Source: an uncultured bacterium
Lineage (GTDB): Bacteria; Verrucomicrobiota; Verrucomicrobiia; Verrucomicrobiales; DEV007
Reading direction: 5' to 3'
Length of the DNA stretch: 64,000 bases
Assembly: GCA_963977015.1 (NCBI GenBank)
Contig: CAXBMO010000005.1
Span: 64,001 to 128,000 of the forward strand
Both the position numbers and the translations under genes were made by a program. The notes beneath the pieces were generated by a model. The model did not search any database. It was not told the DNA's origin and was given only the letters and a program-made list of their open reading frames with translations. How positions within the stretch are numbered: position 1 is the first letter of the stretch; each line of letters opens with the position of its first letter. Positions 49,355 through 60,600 of the stretch are shown here, piece by piece.

Positions 49355-51175
49355 TTACCGATTCAATATCAAGGCCAGCAGCACGATCATGCCCAAGGCA
49401 ATTACCAACCCATAGGCGGAGATATTTCCTGACTGGATACGTCGCAGGGCTTTCCCAACCCCTTCCGTCAGCTTTGCGCTTCCCGTGACCAGCGCACCGC
49501 CAATCAACAACTGATCGACAGCGTAGAGAATGTTTGCCGTTAGATCCTGGCCAATCCGGACAACGCCCCCATAGATCTCGTCGATCCAGAACTTGTGTTC
49601 GAGAATCGGAATGCGGACCGGATCTTTCGTCTTCCCGCGATAAATGAGAATCGCGAGTCCAACACCAACCACCAACGCAATCATGGAGATGGCAGGAACG
49701 GAGAGGCCATGATGCTCAGTCTCTCCATGCGGTTCAGGGATCGGAACCAACGCGTTCAATGGGCCAGCGACGAAACCGTAAGCCGAAAAGATCGACAGCA
49801 GGGCCAGCATGATCAGCACAACCCGCATCAAAATCGGTGCGTCGTCTGCATGTTGTGCATTCTCGCTTCTTGGTTTCCCCATGAACACGACCATAAAGAG
49901 TCGAGTCATGTAGAAGGCGGTCAACCCAGCCACGCACACGGCAATCCAGAAGAGAGTCATGTTTTCCTCGTGAGCCGCGTGCAGAATCGATTCCTTACTG
50001 AAATACCCGCTCGTGCCAGGGAACGCCATCAGAGCTGCGGTTCCGAAGAAGAAGGTGGCCAATGTCGTTGGCATCCGGACTCCAATTCCGCCCATTTTCC
50101 AAATATCCTGCTCGTGATGAGCCATGTGGATAATCGCTCCTGCTCCCAGGAAGAGCAGCGCCTTGAAAAACGCGTGGGTGTAGAGGTGAAACATTGCCTC
50201 GTCGAACGCATGCAGGCCGACGGCCATGACCATGTATCCAAGCTGAGAAAGCGTCGAATACGCCAGAATCCGTTTAATATCATTCTGCTGGATCGCGCAA
50301 AGGGCCGCAAAGGCCGCCGTCAAACCACCAATCCATGCGATCCACGGCCCCGCATTCGATTCAGAAATAAGCCCACAGTCGAACTGAACTCTCACCAACA
50401 TGTAAACACCCGCAGCAACCATCGTCGCCGCATGGATCAACGCAGATACCGGAGTAGGACCTTCCATCGCATCGGGAAGCCACACGTGGAGTGGAACTTG
50501 AGCCGACTTTCCTACCGCACCAAGAAAGACACACAATGCCGCGACCGTCAGGACCGGCACAGCGACCTTGGAATCCATCACCTGCTGCCCGATTTCGGTG
50601 AAGATCACGGATCCCGTCAGCGCCCAGAGCATCAGAATTCCGATCATGAATCCAAAGTCTCCAATTCGATTGACGAGAAACGCCTTTTTCGCGGCTTCAG
50701 CGGCGCTGTTCTTCGTGAAGTAATGGCCGATGAGGAGGTAAGAGCTAACCCCGACCAATTCCCAAAAGACAAACATCATCACAAAGTTGTCTGCCAGAAC
50801 AATCCCGGTCATGGAAAACATGAAGAGGGCAAGCCCTGAAAAATAGCGACCTTTCCCATCATCCTTCGCCATGTAGCTCAACGAGAAGAGATGCACGAGG
50901 GCCCCGATGAAGGTCACCACAAACATCATTCCGATGCTCAGCGAATCCACCTTGAGGCCGAACTGAACCTGGAAACCGGCAATATCAATCCAGGTAAACG
51001 GAGCCGCCTGTTGCGGTTCTCGAAGCAGAGTGATCGTGACCAGAAGGGTCAAAAGTACCGACAAAACCGATATCACCGCCGCAATCGTTCCCGCCCGGCG
51101 AAAAAACAGCCCTCCGAGAATTGCCGCAGTCAGCGGAGCAATCAGCAGTATCCAGGGCGAGAGGTTAAGATCCAT
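49355..51175 (-). CDS. nuoL: NADH-quinone oxidoreductase subunit L
   Basis: WELVGVSSYLLIG, NRIGD, KSAQVPLHVWLPDAMEGPTPVSALIHAATMV, HAFFKALLFL. Confidence 0.97.
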   Translation of the reverse strand: MDLNLSPWILLIAPLTAAILGGLFFRRAGTIAAVISVLSVLLTLLVTITLLREPQQAAPFTWIDIAGFQVQFGLKVDSLSIGMMFVVTFIGALVHLFSLSYMAKDDGKGRYFSGLALFMFSMTGIVLADNFVMMFVFWELVGVSSYLLIGHYFTKNSAAEAAKKAFLVNRIGDFGFMIGILMLWALTGSVIFTEIGQQVMDSKVAVPVLTVAALCVFLGAVGKSAQVPLHVWLPDAMEGPTPVSALIHAATMVAAGVYMLVRVQFDCGLISESNAGPWIAWIGGLTAAFAALCAIQQNDIKRILAYSTLSQLGYMVMAVGLHAFDEAMFHLYTHAFFKALLFLGAGAIIHMAHHEQDIWKMGGIGVRMPTTLATFFFGTAALMAFPGTSGYFSKESILHAAHEENMTLFWIAVCVAGLTAFYMTRLFMVVFMGKPRSENAQHADDAPILMRVVLIMLALLSIFSAYGFVAGPLNALVPIPEPHGETEHHGLSVPAISMIALVVGVGLAILIYRGKTKDPVRIPILEHKFWIDEIYGGVVRIGQDLTANILYAVDQLLIGGALVTGSAKLTEGVGKALRRIQSGNISAYGLVIALGMIVLLALILNR

Positions 51176-51193
51176 GCGCAGTAAAAATTCGAA

Positions 51194-51511
51194 CTAGTTT
51201 TTCATGCTCACCATGTCGGAGACATCGGTGGTTTGTTTGGCACGGAAGAGTGCAACGATAATCGCCAGTCCGACCGCAACTTCAGCGGCGGCAACGGTGA
51301 TGATGAAGAAAACGAAGACCTGGGCATGGTAAGCCGGCGCGCCATCCACCAGGTGATAGCGCGAGAACGCGACGAGAGAGATGCTGGCAGCGGTGAGCAT
51401 CAATTCCAGACACATAAAGATAACGATGATGTTTCGGCGCACCAAAACCCCACTCAATCCAATGGCGAAGAGTAAAGCGCTGACAATCAAATATTCGCTG
51501 AGTGATACCAT
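51194..51511 (-). CDS. nuoK: NADH-quinone oxidoreductase subunit K
   Basis: [23 protein letters not shown]. Confidence 0.96.
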   Translation of the reverse strand: MVSLSEYLIVSALLFAIGLSGVLVRRNIIVIFMCLELMLTAASISLVAFSRYHLVDGAPAYHAQVFVFFIITVAAAEVAVGLAIIVALFRAKQTTDVSDMVSMKN

Positions 51512-51522
51512 TGGCTTCGAAA

Positions 51523-52023
51523 CTACTTCAGTTCACGCTTGCTGAGCACAACCGTTCCAACGGTTGCCACGAGGAGGAGAACCCCAACCACTTGGAGTGG
51601 AAAATTGAATTCCGTGTAGATAACCCGTCCGACCTCTTTCACGTCGTTGGCCGTCGGGTTTGCCAGTTCCGGCATGGGGATGTCGAATCCGGACTTGGCG
51701 ACAATCATCGCCGTCAGCAAAAGAAAGAGGATGGCCGTTCCGCTCCCTCCCAAAACTGCCGCAAAGCTAAAGTGCTTTCGCTTCTCAGCCTTCAAATCCA
51801 GAAGCATGATAATGAAGAGGAACAACACCATGATCGCCCCCGCGTAGACCAGAATTTGGATGGTTCCGATAAAATAGGCATTCAAACCAATGAACATCGC
51901 GGCCACCCCAATGAAGGAACCAATCATGCAGAACGCACACGTGACCGGGTTGCGGTTGATCACCACTCCCAGCGCTCCTGCGACCGCAACGACCACAAAC
52001 ATATAGAACAGGTAAGCCGGCAT
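51523..52023 (-). CDS. nuoJ: NADH-quinone oxidoreductase subunit J
   Basis: [24 protein letters not shown]. Confidence 0.95.
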   Translation of the reverse strand: MPAYLFYMFVVVAVAGALGVVINRNPVTCAFCMIGSFIGVAAMFIGLNAYFIGTIQILVYAGAIMVLFLFIIMLLDLKAEKRKHFSFAAVLGGSGTAILFLLLTAMIVAKSGFDIPMPELANPTANDVKEVGRVIYTEFNFPLQVVGVLLLVATVGTVVLSKRELK

Positions 52024-52556
52024 TACTTCAGATCATTCCACTTGTTGACCAATCCCTCACGTTTCCCGCCGATCTCATAGAGCCGGCCCTTATCGTGCAC
52101 CATCTCTTCCCTCGAAAGTCCCGTAATCGCATAGTCTTTGCGCAGGAAAATGGCCTGTTCCGGACAAACCTCCTCACACAGCCCGCAATAGATGCAGCGA
52201 ATCATATCAATCTCGAACGCCTTGGGCCGCTTCTCGACTTTTGCCCAGGTCTCATCGTTCGGGATCTCTTCCGGCGTAATCGTGATGGCACGCGGCGGAC
52301 AAATAAATTCGCAGAGTTGGCAGGCAACACACCGCTCCCGATCCTGTTCGTCGGTCACCAGAGCTGGTGCACCGCGATAGTATTGCGGCAGATTCTCGTC
52401 CCACTTTTCCTCGGGATACTGCATCGCCACCTTGGTCTTCCCCCGAAACATCCGGAAGAAGTGCCCCGCCGTAATCATCAACCCTTTGAGGATGGTCGGC
52501 AGATACAGCTTGTCACCAAGACTGAGTTTGGGGCGTTGAACAACTTTGGTAGCCAT
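52023..52556 (-). CDS. nuoI: NADH-quinone oxidoreductase subunit I
   Basis: QYPEE, CVACQLCEFICP, CIYCGLCEEVCP. Confidence 0.96.
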   Translation of the reverse strand: MATKVVQRPKLSLGDKLYLPTILKGLMITAGHFFRMFRGKTKVAMQYPEEKWDENLPQYYRGAPALVTDEQDRERCVACQLCEFICPPRAITITPEEIPNDETWAKVEKRPKAFEIDMIRCIYCGLCEEVCPEQAIFLRKDYAITGLSREEMVHDKGRLYEIGGKREGLVNKWNDLK

Positions 52557-52559
52557 GAT

Positions 52560-53714
52560 TCAGGGAGTAGCAATCGTGCTAGAGTTGAGGAAGATCAAAA
52601 TGCCAGCCGTCAGCAACACATTGAAGAGGGCAATTTCAAAAAACCAGACCCAACCAAGTTTCATGAGTTGATCATAGCGAAAACGAGGAATCGACCAACG
52701 CACCCAGATAAAGAAAATGATGAAGGCAACGACCTTGATGAGGAAGGTTCCGAATTGGAGCAGTGCCACGGGAAGGCCGACCGTTTCCACCTGACCTGCA
52801 GAGAGTCCAAACGGCAAACTCCAACCTCCGAGGAACAACGTGACCGCGAATCCTGAGCCAATAATCATCGCGGCGTATTCGCCCAGGAAAAACAGGGCAA
52901 ACTTCATCGACGAATACTCGGTATGGTAGCCCGCGACCAATTCCGTCTCACACTCGGCCAAATCAAACGGCAGACGGTTGGTCTCAGCGAAGATCGAGGT
53001 GGTGAAAACGATGAAAGATATGAAAACCGGGATCAGCAGCAGGAGATGTTTCCCTCCCGCATAAACGAATCCTCCGTCCTGCCATCGGAACACAGCGTTC
53101 TCTCCCCAAAACGGCAACAACGCCCAGCCGTTCTTCGCCTGCTCGGCCACGATGTCTCCCATATTAGGATTGCCGTAAATCATCAGAATCGGAACAATGG
53201 AGAGACCGAGCGCAATTTCGTAGGAAATCATCTGGGCACTGGAGCGAACTCCCCCGAAAAAGGGATACTTGGAATTCGATGCCCAACCAGCCAACACAAT
53301 GCCGTAAACACTCAACGACGTAATCGCGAGGATGAACAATGGCCCGATATTCAAATCGGCGATGACCAGTTTCATGTCCTGCTTGAGGCCCAACCAATCC
53401 AAATCCAAAGTCGATCCAAACGGCAATACCGCGCAACTGACCAACGCGGGAACAAGAACCAGACAAGGAGCCAGCCAATAGTAGAACTTGTTCACATGGG
53501 CCGGGGTGATGTCCTCTTTGAGCAAAAACTTGAGGCCATCCGCGATCGGCTGAGCCAATCCGTTGAACCCGACGCGGTTTGGTCCCAGGCGATCCTGAAT
53601 GAACGCACTAACGCGTCGTTCTGCGTAAACAGAATAAGCCACCATCGGCAGAATCGTTAGAAAAACGAGGCCGATGATTTTCACAAGCGAACTGAGGATG
53701 AGAAACCAGTCCAT
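52560..53714 (-). CDS. nuoH: NADH-quinone oxidoreductase subunit H
   Basis: ERRV..IQDRLGPNRVG, QPIADGLK, AQMISYE, AETNRLPFDL.E.ETELVAGYHTEYS, PRFRYDQ. Confidence 0.97.
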   Translation of the reverse strand: MDWFLILSSLVKIIGLVFLTILPMVAYSVYAERRVSAFIQDRLGPNRVGFNGLAQPIADGLKFLLKEDITPAHVNKFYYWLAPCLVLVPALVSCAVLPFGSTLDLDWLGLKQDMKLVIADLNIGPLFILAITSLSVYGIVLAGWASNSKYPFFGGVRSSAQMISYEIALGLSIVPILMIYGNPNMGDIVAEQAKNGWALLPFWGENAVFRWQDGGFVYAGGKHLLLLIPVFISFIVFTTSIFAETNRLPFDLAECETELVAGYHTEYSSMKFALFFLGEYAAMIIGSGFAVTLFLGGWSLPFGLSAGQVETVGLPVALLQFGTFLIKVVAFIIFFIWVRWSIPRFRYDQLMKLGWVWFFEIALFNVLLTAGILIFLNSSTIATP

Positions 53715-53780
53715 GGCGCGGGCAAGAGCGTGGGCTCTGGCTAGCACGATGCGAAGTGTCTGGATGCGAGCAACCTGATT

Positions 53781-53798
53781 TTGTGAAATTTTTCACAA
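53781..53798. promoter_or_regulatory. Palindromic operator, Rex consensus (also fits CRP-type spacing)
   Basis: TTGTGAA-ATTT-TTCACAA, 67 bp upstream of the nuoH start. Confidence 0.7.
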
Positions 53799-53937
53799 AC
53801 TCCTACGGAATTATGAAATATCATGAATTCTTGAAAATTTAAAGAAGGCCGTACCAGCCAATCCCCACTTCGGCCCAGGTGGTAAGAACTGGATTCCTTC
53901 CTTGAATCATGGAAAATTCCCTCGGCTGCTTTTTCCC

Positions 53938-54663
53938 ATGAACTCCTCGCCCATCCCCTACCTACGGATCGAAGAGATCAACGATGCGGAAAGGCTACGT
54001 CAAATTTACGAAGACTCAGACCATTCTCATTACTGGACCACGGATTGGTCACCACAGACCTATGTCGCGCTCGCCAAAGCCGGGTTCATTTCCACCCATT
54101 TTCATCACCCTGAACTTGGAGGGATACTTCTGCCTGAAATGCAGAGGGAATATGCGGTATTGGATTGGAGGGATCTGAAAATGGGGCGAACGATGCGGCG
54201 CTGGATCAATTCTCCGGCCTGCCGGGATCGGGAGTATCGCCTTTCTCTCGATCACGATCTTCAAGCTGTCATCTCAGGTATCGAAATGGCACACGGAAAT
54301 CGCAACTGGCTGCGGAATGAATACGTTCACTTGTTGATGGAATTGGAAGGGTCAAACGCCCATCCTGACTTTCGCCTCCGGCCCATGGCACTAATCGACA
54401 AGCGGCAAAACGTCGTCGCAGGCGAAATTGGCTACCAAGTTGGAATGGTCTACACCAGCCTGACCGGCTTCATGAATCGAAGCGACAAAACGCTTCGCAA
54501 CGTCGGGAAATACCAACTCTACCTCTTGGCTGAACAACTCCAGAAATCAGAAATCGAGTTTTGGAATCTCGGGCATCCTTACATGGATTACAAACTGGAA
54601 CTCGGTGCCAAGATTCTCGATCGGCAACGCTTTCTCCAGCGCTGGCCGACCTTCGAATCTTGA
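53938..54663 (+). CDS. Atypical leucyl/phenylalanyl-tRNA-protein transferase-like (GNAT fold)
   Basis: GFI, LLPE, NWL, VAGEIGY..G..YTSLTGF, GKYQL, WNLG..MDYK..LGA. Confidence 0.75.
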   Translation: MNSSPIPYLRIEEINDAERLRQIYEDSDHSHYWTTDWSPQTYVALAKAGFISTHFHHPELGGILLPEMQREYAVLDWRDLKMGRTMRRWINSPACRDREYRLSLDHDLQAVISGIEMAHGNRNWLRNEYVHLLMELEGSNAHPDFRLRPMALIDKRQNVVAGEIGYQVGMVYTSLTGFMNRSDKTLRNVGKYQLYLLAEQLQKSEIEFWNLGHPYMDYKLELGAKILDRQRFLQRWPTFES

Positions 54664-54673
54664 AAGGCCTTTC

Positions 54674-57600
54674 CTATTGGAAGAAGCTGTCGAAGCCATC
54701 TGCGCCGCCTTCTTCCATGCCTCCGCCAGCACCAAATGGCTCAGATTCCGGAGGAGCAGGAGCTGGCGTTGGAACGGATGGCGGAGCCGAAGACTGTGCC
54801 CTGCTAGTAGTTTGCTGCAATGCATCTCCCGCGCCGAACGTCTCGACAAGAGCGAGAGATATCATCACCCGTCCGTTCTCAACCCGCGTTTGGAGAGCCA
54901 CCGTGAGCGGAGTCATCACATTGTCGCTGCCAGAGATCGCGGCGCTGGTGAACCCACTTCCGGTGCTGCCAACTGGAATGGAACTATAATCCGCTCCCGA
55001 CTGGTCGTCACCCGCGTTCTGCTCAAACAGTTCAGCGAGAGCGTCGCCAATTTGATCATCAACAACATCGTTGCCATCAAAGCGCTCAACGCCACGTGTA
55101 TCGAGCGTATTGCTGATGCTCGATTGCAACTCTTCGACCGTGCCTCCCACAAAGATAATTGGCGTGCCATCAAATCCAACGGAGACAGTTGGTGTCGGAG
55201 GAATGACAGCGGCTTTCTTTGTCGGAATTGTAATCACGATGGGCTGGGAAATAATCCGGGCCCTGCGAATGAATGGCAAGGGGTCGCCACCACCACCACG
55301 ACCGGCATTGATCGGTGTCAATCCTCCACCGGGAATGTACAAATCGTTCGGGTTCGCCAAGTAGAGTCCATAACGTCCAAAGGAGTTGATCAATGCGTAA
55401 GACTTCGCAGGATCATTTTCAGGAGTAAAGGAACCCACTGGTGGATCTGTGGTGTCAGGATCATGAAGATTAAAGGTAAACTCCGTTGCCTCGTATTCAT
55501 CAGCCCGCTTGTTTCCAGAGGTTGCGGTTCCCTGGTAGGAGCCTGCGTTAAACAGGGTTCCCGTTGCAATATTCATCGCACTCGCCCGGGTTGGGGCATA
55601 AACCCGCAATTCACCAAACAGCCCATTACTGGCGCTGCTGATCGCGACTCCGTTTGCGTTCCCGGGAGACACTCGCGTGGTGATGGATCCTGTGCCTGCA
55701 ATGGTTGGATTGTCGCGGCTCACCGCGATGTAGGTGTTCCCCACCCGACTCACGACGCCATTGTGGTTCGCCCGGTTGTCAGTTGAATCACGATGTCCAA
55801 TCATCACCCGGTTAAAGTCCAGGTCACCAGGATCAAACGTATCCTGCGTCCCATACGCAGTGAACGAGGATGAGCCGTTGGAGAAATTTCGGCCATCGTC
55901 CAAGCCAATGGACACATTGGATTCATCAGCATCTAGAATCAGGTCGTCACCAACTTTGACGGCGATATTACCTTCCCACCGGGTTTCCCGGCCTCTGCCA
56001 TCGATTCCTGTTTCCACGGCGTTCCTCTCATTGATGGTCCGGTAATCACCATGACCGATTTTCACCGAGGCGTTGTCTCCCGACCCCGCATAAACCAACA
56101 TGTCATCGCCGACGGTCACATCAATATCGCCAGAGAGAACCGTTCTGCGGCGGCTGCGGTTTCCACCCCAGGCATCGATATCACCTCCATGACCGATGCC
56201 GGCTCGAGCGTCGCGAAACTCCCCAGCAGCAACAATCAAATCATTTCCGGCCGTCACATTGAGGTTTTGATCAATGACGGTGAGGTTGTTGTGCTGTCCG
56301 CCGTGCCCGATGGCAGCGTGTCCACCTTGTGCGCGTCGGTTAGCATCCGAGGTCAGATCCCCTCCGCCGTAAATATAACCTTGAGAGGTTGTTCCTGCGG
56401 TTGAATCCGTCACCGTTTCGGTCAGCAAATCCCCTTCATACTGGAAATTTCCCGCACCGCCTGAAGCCGCCGAGGTATTATCGACTCCGGCCAACAGGAT
56501 AATATCTCCAGTCGCGGCAACCACATCAATCTGCCCGGTGACCGTTGTGCCATTGTTGTAGGCATCGTTGTTGTCGCCCTGAATATCTGTATCAAATCCA
56601 CCATGACCAATTTGACCAAAGTTGTTTCCTTGGTTGTAAGCCGACTCAGTCCCTCGAATCGAGATATTGTTCTGCGCATAGACATTGATGTCTCCATCCC
56701 AGAACTCAGCCCGTGAATCGCGTCCACCATGACCGATGATGGCCCAGAGTTCCCGATAGCCATGTCCGGCATGAACCTCGACATCTCCGCCACCAGCGCG
56801 AACCGTAATGTCGGAATTGAGGATCGAGCCAGCGCTGCTTCTTCCGCCATGACCAATCTGGCCCCACGAATAGTCTGCGATCTCAATCGCAGCATCCCCA
56901 TTTCCGCCATGAACATAGACGCTGCCCATGGTTGAGATGACCGAAATGTCGCCTTCAGCCATGACTCCCTGCACACCAGCCAGGTTACCATTACCGCCGC
57001 CACTGTCCGCATCATAACCACCGTGACCGATCATGGCCTGACCATGCCGCCCCATACCGGCCTTGAAGGAAATATCATTCTTGGCTGAAACGGTGATGGA
57101 ACCCACTTTGTTTCCACGGACAACGACGCCACCGTGACCGATTTGCGTGAAGTTCTGCTCAGAGCGACGCGAACTGAAGGCATCCGGCGTTGGCTGGGAG
57201 GTGTGATTGGAATAGCCCTGTTGAATGTCCGATCCCACAAAAAGAATCGCTCCATCGTTCGCGGTCACGGTGATATCTCCGCCGATCCCGCCCACATTGA
57301 AGGCGGCACCATCAGTCAGGGTGTGCCCAATCGCCGCATGAGACTTCACCGCTCTCAAGGTAAACAGATCGTCAGCTTCATCGTTAAACCGGCCACCGGT
57401 CACATTCTGTACCATCGCCAAATTCGAGTTGCTCGACTGGGGGGCAATGAACTCGATATCCCCGGTGGTGGTGGTCACAATAATGGAGGAATCACGACTG
57501 GAACCGGCGATCCCGCCAAGTTGCTCTTCCTGTCTTCCTCCGTTGTTGCTCTGATTATTCTCAAAGTCAGGGTTCTTACCGCCATGGCCAATCATGACAA

Positions 57601-60600
57601 AGTTGCCGTCGCCGGTGGCGTCTCCCAGAGAGTAGACATCATCATCCGTCCCCAAAATGGTATCCGCGCCCGCATCCTGCTTCGCGGAATCCCAACCCGC
57701 AACTGCTTCAAAACGAATCCCCGTTCCAGCATTCACCGTGATTTTGCCATAATGGTCTCCCCTGGTGTTGTTTCCGCCATGCCCAATCATCGCATGCTGA
57801 GAGTTGTCCGGAATGAATTCGTCCGGGCGTCCCGACATGAAGTCAATCGAGCCTCCGGCATTCACTGTAATGTCACCATGGTGACCATTGTTGAGGAGAC
57901 GGTTGGGCCCTTCTGAAAGAGCCACCCACCCGAATCCACCATGACCAATCTGTGAATACGCCCGTGCATCGTCATTGGGATTTGGGGAACCTCCACTGCG
58001 GAAATGGATGTTGTTGGCAGCTTTGACATCGATGTCGCCCTGAAGGGTTCCCTGAACCCCTTGCTGATTGGTATTCCAAGTCGCAATCACGCCACCATGA
58101 CCAATTTGAGCGTAGCCCTCGCGAGCTCCAGCCTCGAAGCGAACATCGCTCAAGCGAGCTTCCACCTCAATATCACCGGCAATATTTCCGGGCGACTGGT
58201 ATCCGCCGTGACCAATGCGAACAATGCGTTGATCGTCCGCATCCTCTTTGTTCAGGAACAAAACACTGTTTCCTTTCACCGAAATATTGGCCTTCTCAAT
58301 CACATTCCCGTTCGCGTCAAACATCCCAATATTACCGGCGCGTTCATGACCGCCATGACCAACAATCGCAGCGGAGCGACTTGAAGTTCCTGCTTCAAAA
58401 ATGACGTTTCCGTTGGTCGCGTCCACCGTAATGTCTCCACGATCGCCGACCGGATTGCCATCTGGAGTGAGCAAGTCAGGATCAAATGCCCGTGGCCCCA
58501 ACGTCGTGTCAAAGTTCAGTGCACTATCCCGCACGTTTGCGTTGTTGGTATCAACGCCTTCCGTTTGGTCATACGTCCGGCCATTTCGATAACCACCGTT
58601 TCCGATCTGGGCAAACCCGGCCCAACCATTTCCCTCGTTTCCCTGGGCCACAATGTCACCCGTCCCATGGTTGACCACTGAAATATCTCCCATGAATGCC
58701 CCGGCACCACGGGCGTCATCTGCATTGTCAGGGTTGGCCATCCCTCCGTTTCCAATCCGGGAGTAGCCCCCTTCCCGACCTGCCTGAAGCAGGATCGCGC
58801 TGGGTGCACTACCCAATCCGGCATTCACCGTGATATCGCCGGAGCTGTCCGCGTTGATCAGATCAAAGCCAATTCCATTCCCTCCGGCATCGTTGACCCC
58901 GTTTCCTCCATGTCCGATCTGGGTATACTTATAGCTGTCACCATTTCCCTGCTCACCCAACATGTGAAGGGAGCCCTGCAATTCGACGTTGATGTCACCT
59001 GTCGAATCGGAGGCAAGAACTGCGGCACCAAGATCAGTCGCCGTAAGATCAATCGACCCGGTTGCGGCGCCATTTGCACCTTCCCGGTGAGTGGATGAAT
59101 TGATTAAGCCGTATACCCCGGCTCCACCAGACTCGACGTTCGTCGTTGGACGATACCCCAGGTGCGCAAAGCGATGGCTTCCACCGAGCGGAACTTCGAG
59201 AATAAGATCACGGGCCACCACATTGGTCTCACCGAACCGGCTGCCAACCTGGACCGCTTGATCATTCACCGAGGTATTCAATCTTACGGTTCCCCGTGTC
59301 AATTCGGAGGATGGAGTTCCAAAACTCAGCAACTGAGAAAGACCAATGTTTCCGCCAATCCCTTCATTGTCGGTATTGGCAATTCCAGCCGGATCCGTCG
59401 GCGTCGATGGAATGCCAGTCGTTCCATTCCAACCGGCAAACAGGTTCACGTTGCCCATGCCATTACTGATGATGTGGCCTTCCACCGTAATGTTACCGGT
59501 CGCGAGGAGCGTGAATGAATGGAAGTTCTCGGCGTAACGAGCGCCCCCGATCATGGAGTTTGAATTCGGCGCGCCCCATTCGATTCGGACGTCATTATCG
59601 ACGAGAATGTTCCCGATATCGGTTCCAGCACCTGCGGTATGGATGATCAAATTGTTCGCAGCCAATGCCGCATTGACATCATCATCGGTCAATGTTGCTC
59701 CAGACGAATTTGTTGCGGCGCCATCCACAATCGTGACATCCGTCGGGTCGAGCAGCAGGGTGCCAACCGCGCCATTTTGCGAAAGCGTGGAAACATTTCC
59801 GCGGAACGTCAGTTGATCCGCTCCCGACACTTCCACAAACCCGCCGTTCCCGATTCCGGCACCTTCGGCTTCAATCCGACCGTGGAACTGGGTCTCGCCA
59901 TCCGACCAGATCACCACATTTCCACCGTCTCCATCCGATCCATTGGCCCGGACCAGCGCTCCGGCAGCCACGGTGGTTTTGGAAGAGTTCCGCAACGCGC
60001 CGTTCCCCTGAAAACCGCCTCCGATATTGATATCGCCACCGGACACTCCAGAAGCATCAACCAGAGCCTGTGGACCAACTTCCACTTCGTCTCCCGTGGC
60101 ATTGATTGTTCCACCGGAATTTTCAGACCCAACCGCGCTGACACTTCCAAGAATACTCAACCCATCGGCGGCTTGAAGATTGATGGTTCCTCCCGAGGCA
60201 CCATTTGCATTGACTGAGCCAACGACGCCAACTTCAACGTCCGTCCCGACGACGAGAATGGATCCACCATCACCAGTTTCTCCATTCGAGTTCACCTGAC
60301 CGGCAATGGTCGCAGTATCGACCGCACTGACGTTGATCAATCCACCGTTGTTCCCACCGTCTGCGACCACGTTTCCGGTTTGACCGATCATCACATTTTC
60401 TCCGGAAATCGCAATGCGACCACCATTGCCAACTCGTCCATTGGCCGAGGCAACACCATCAACGGAAACCAGGCCGCTTCCGGTCAAACTCAGAACACCA
60501 CCCTCCGTTTCGCCATCGGCCCCCAGAGTGCTGTTGCCGTAAATCACGATGTCACCAGCCCGCAAATCAACCATTCCACCGATACCGGTATTACCGTCCG

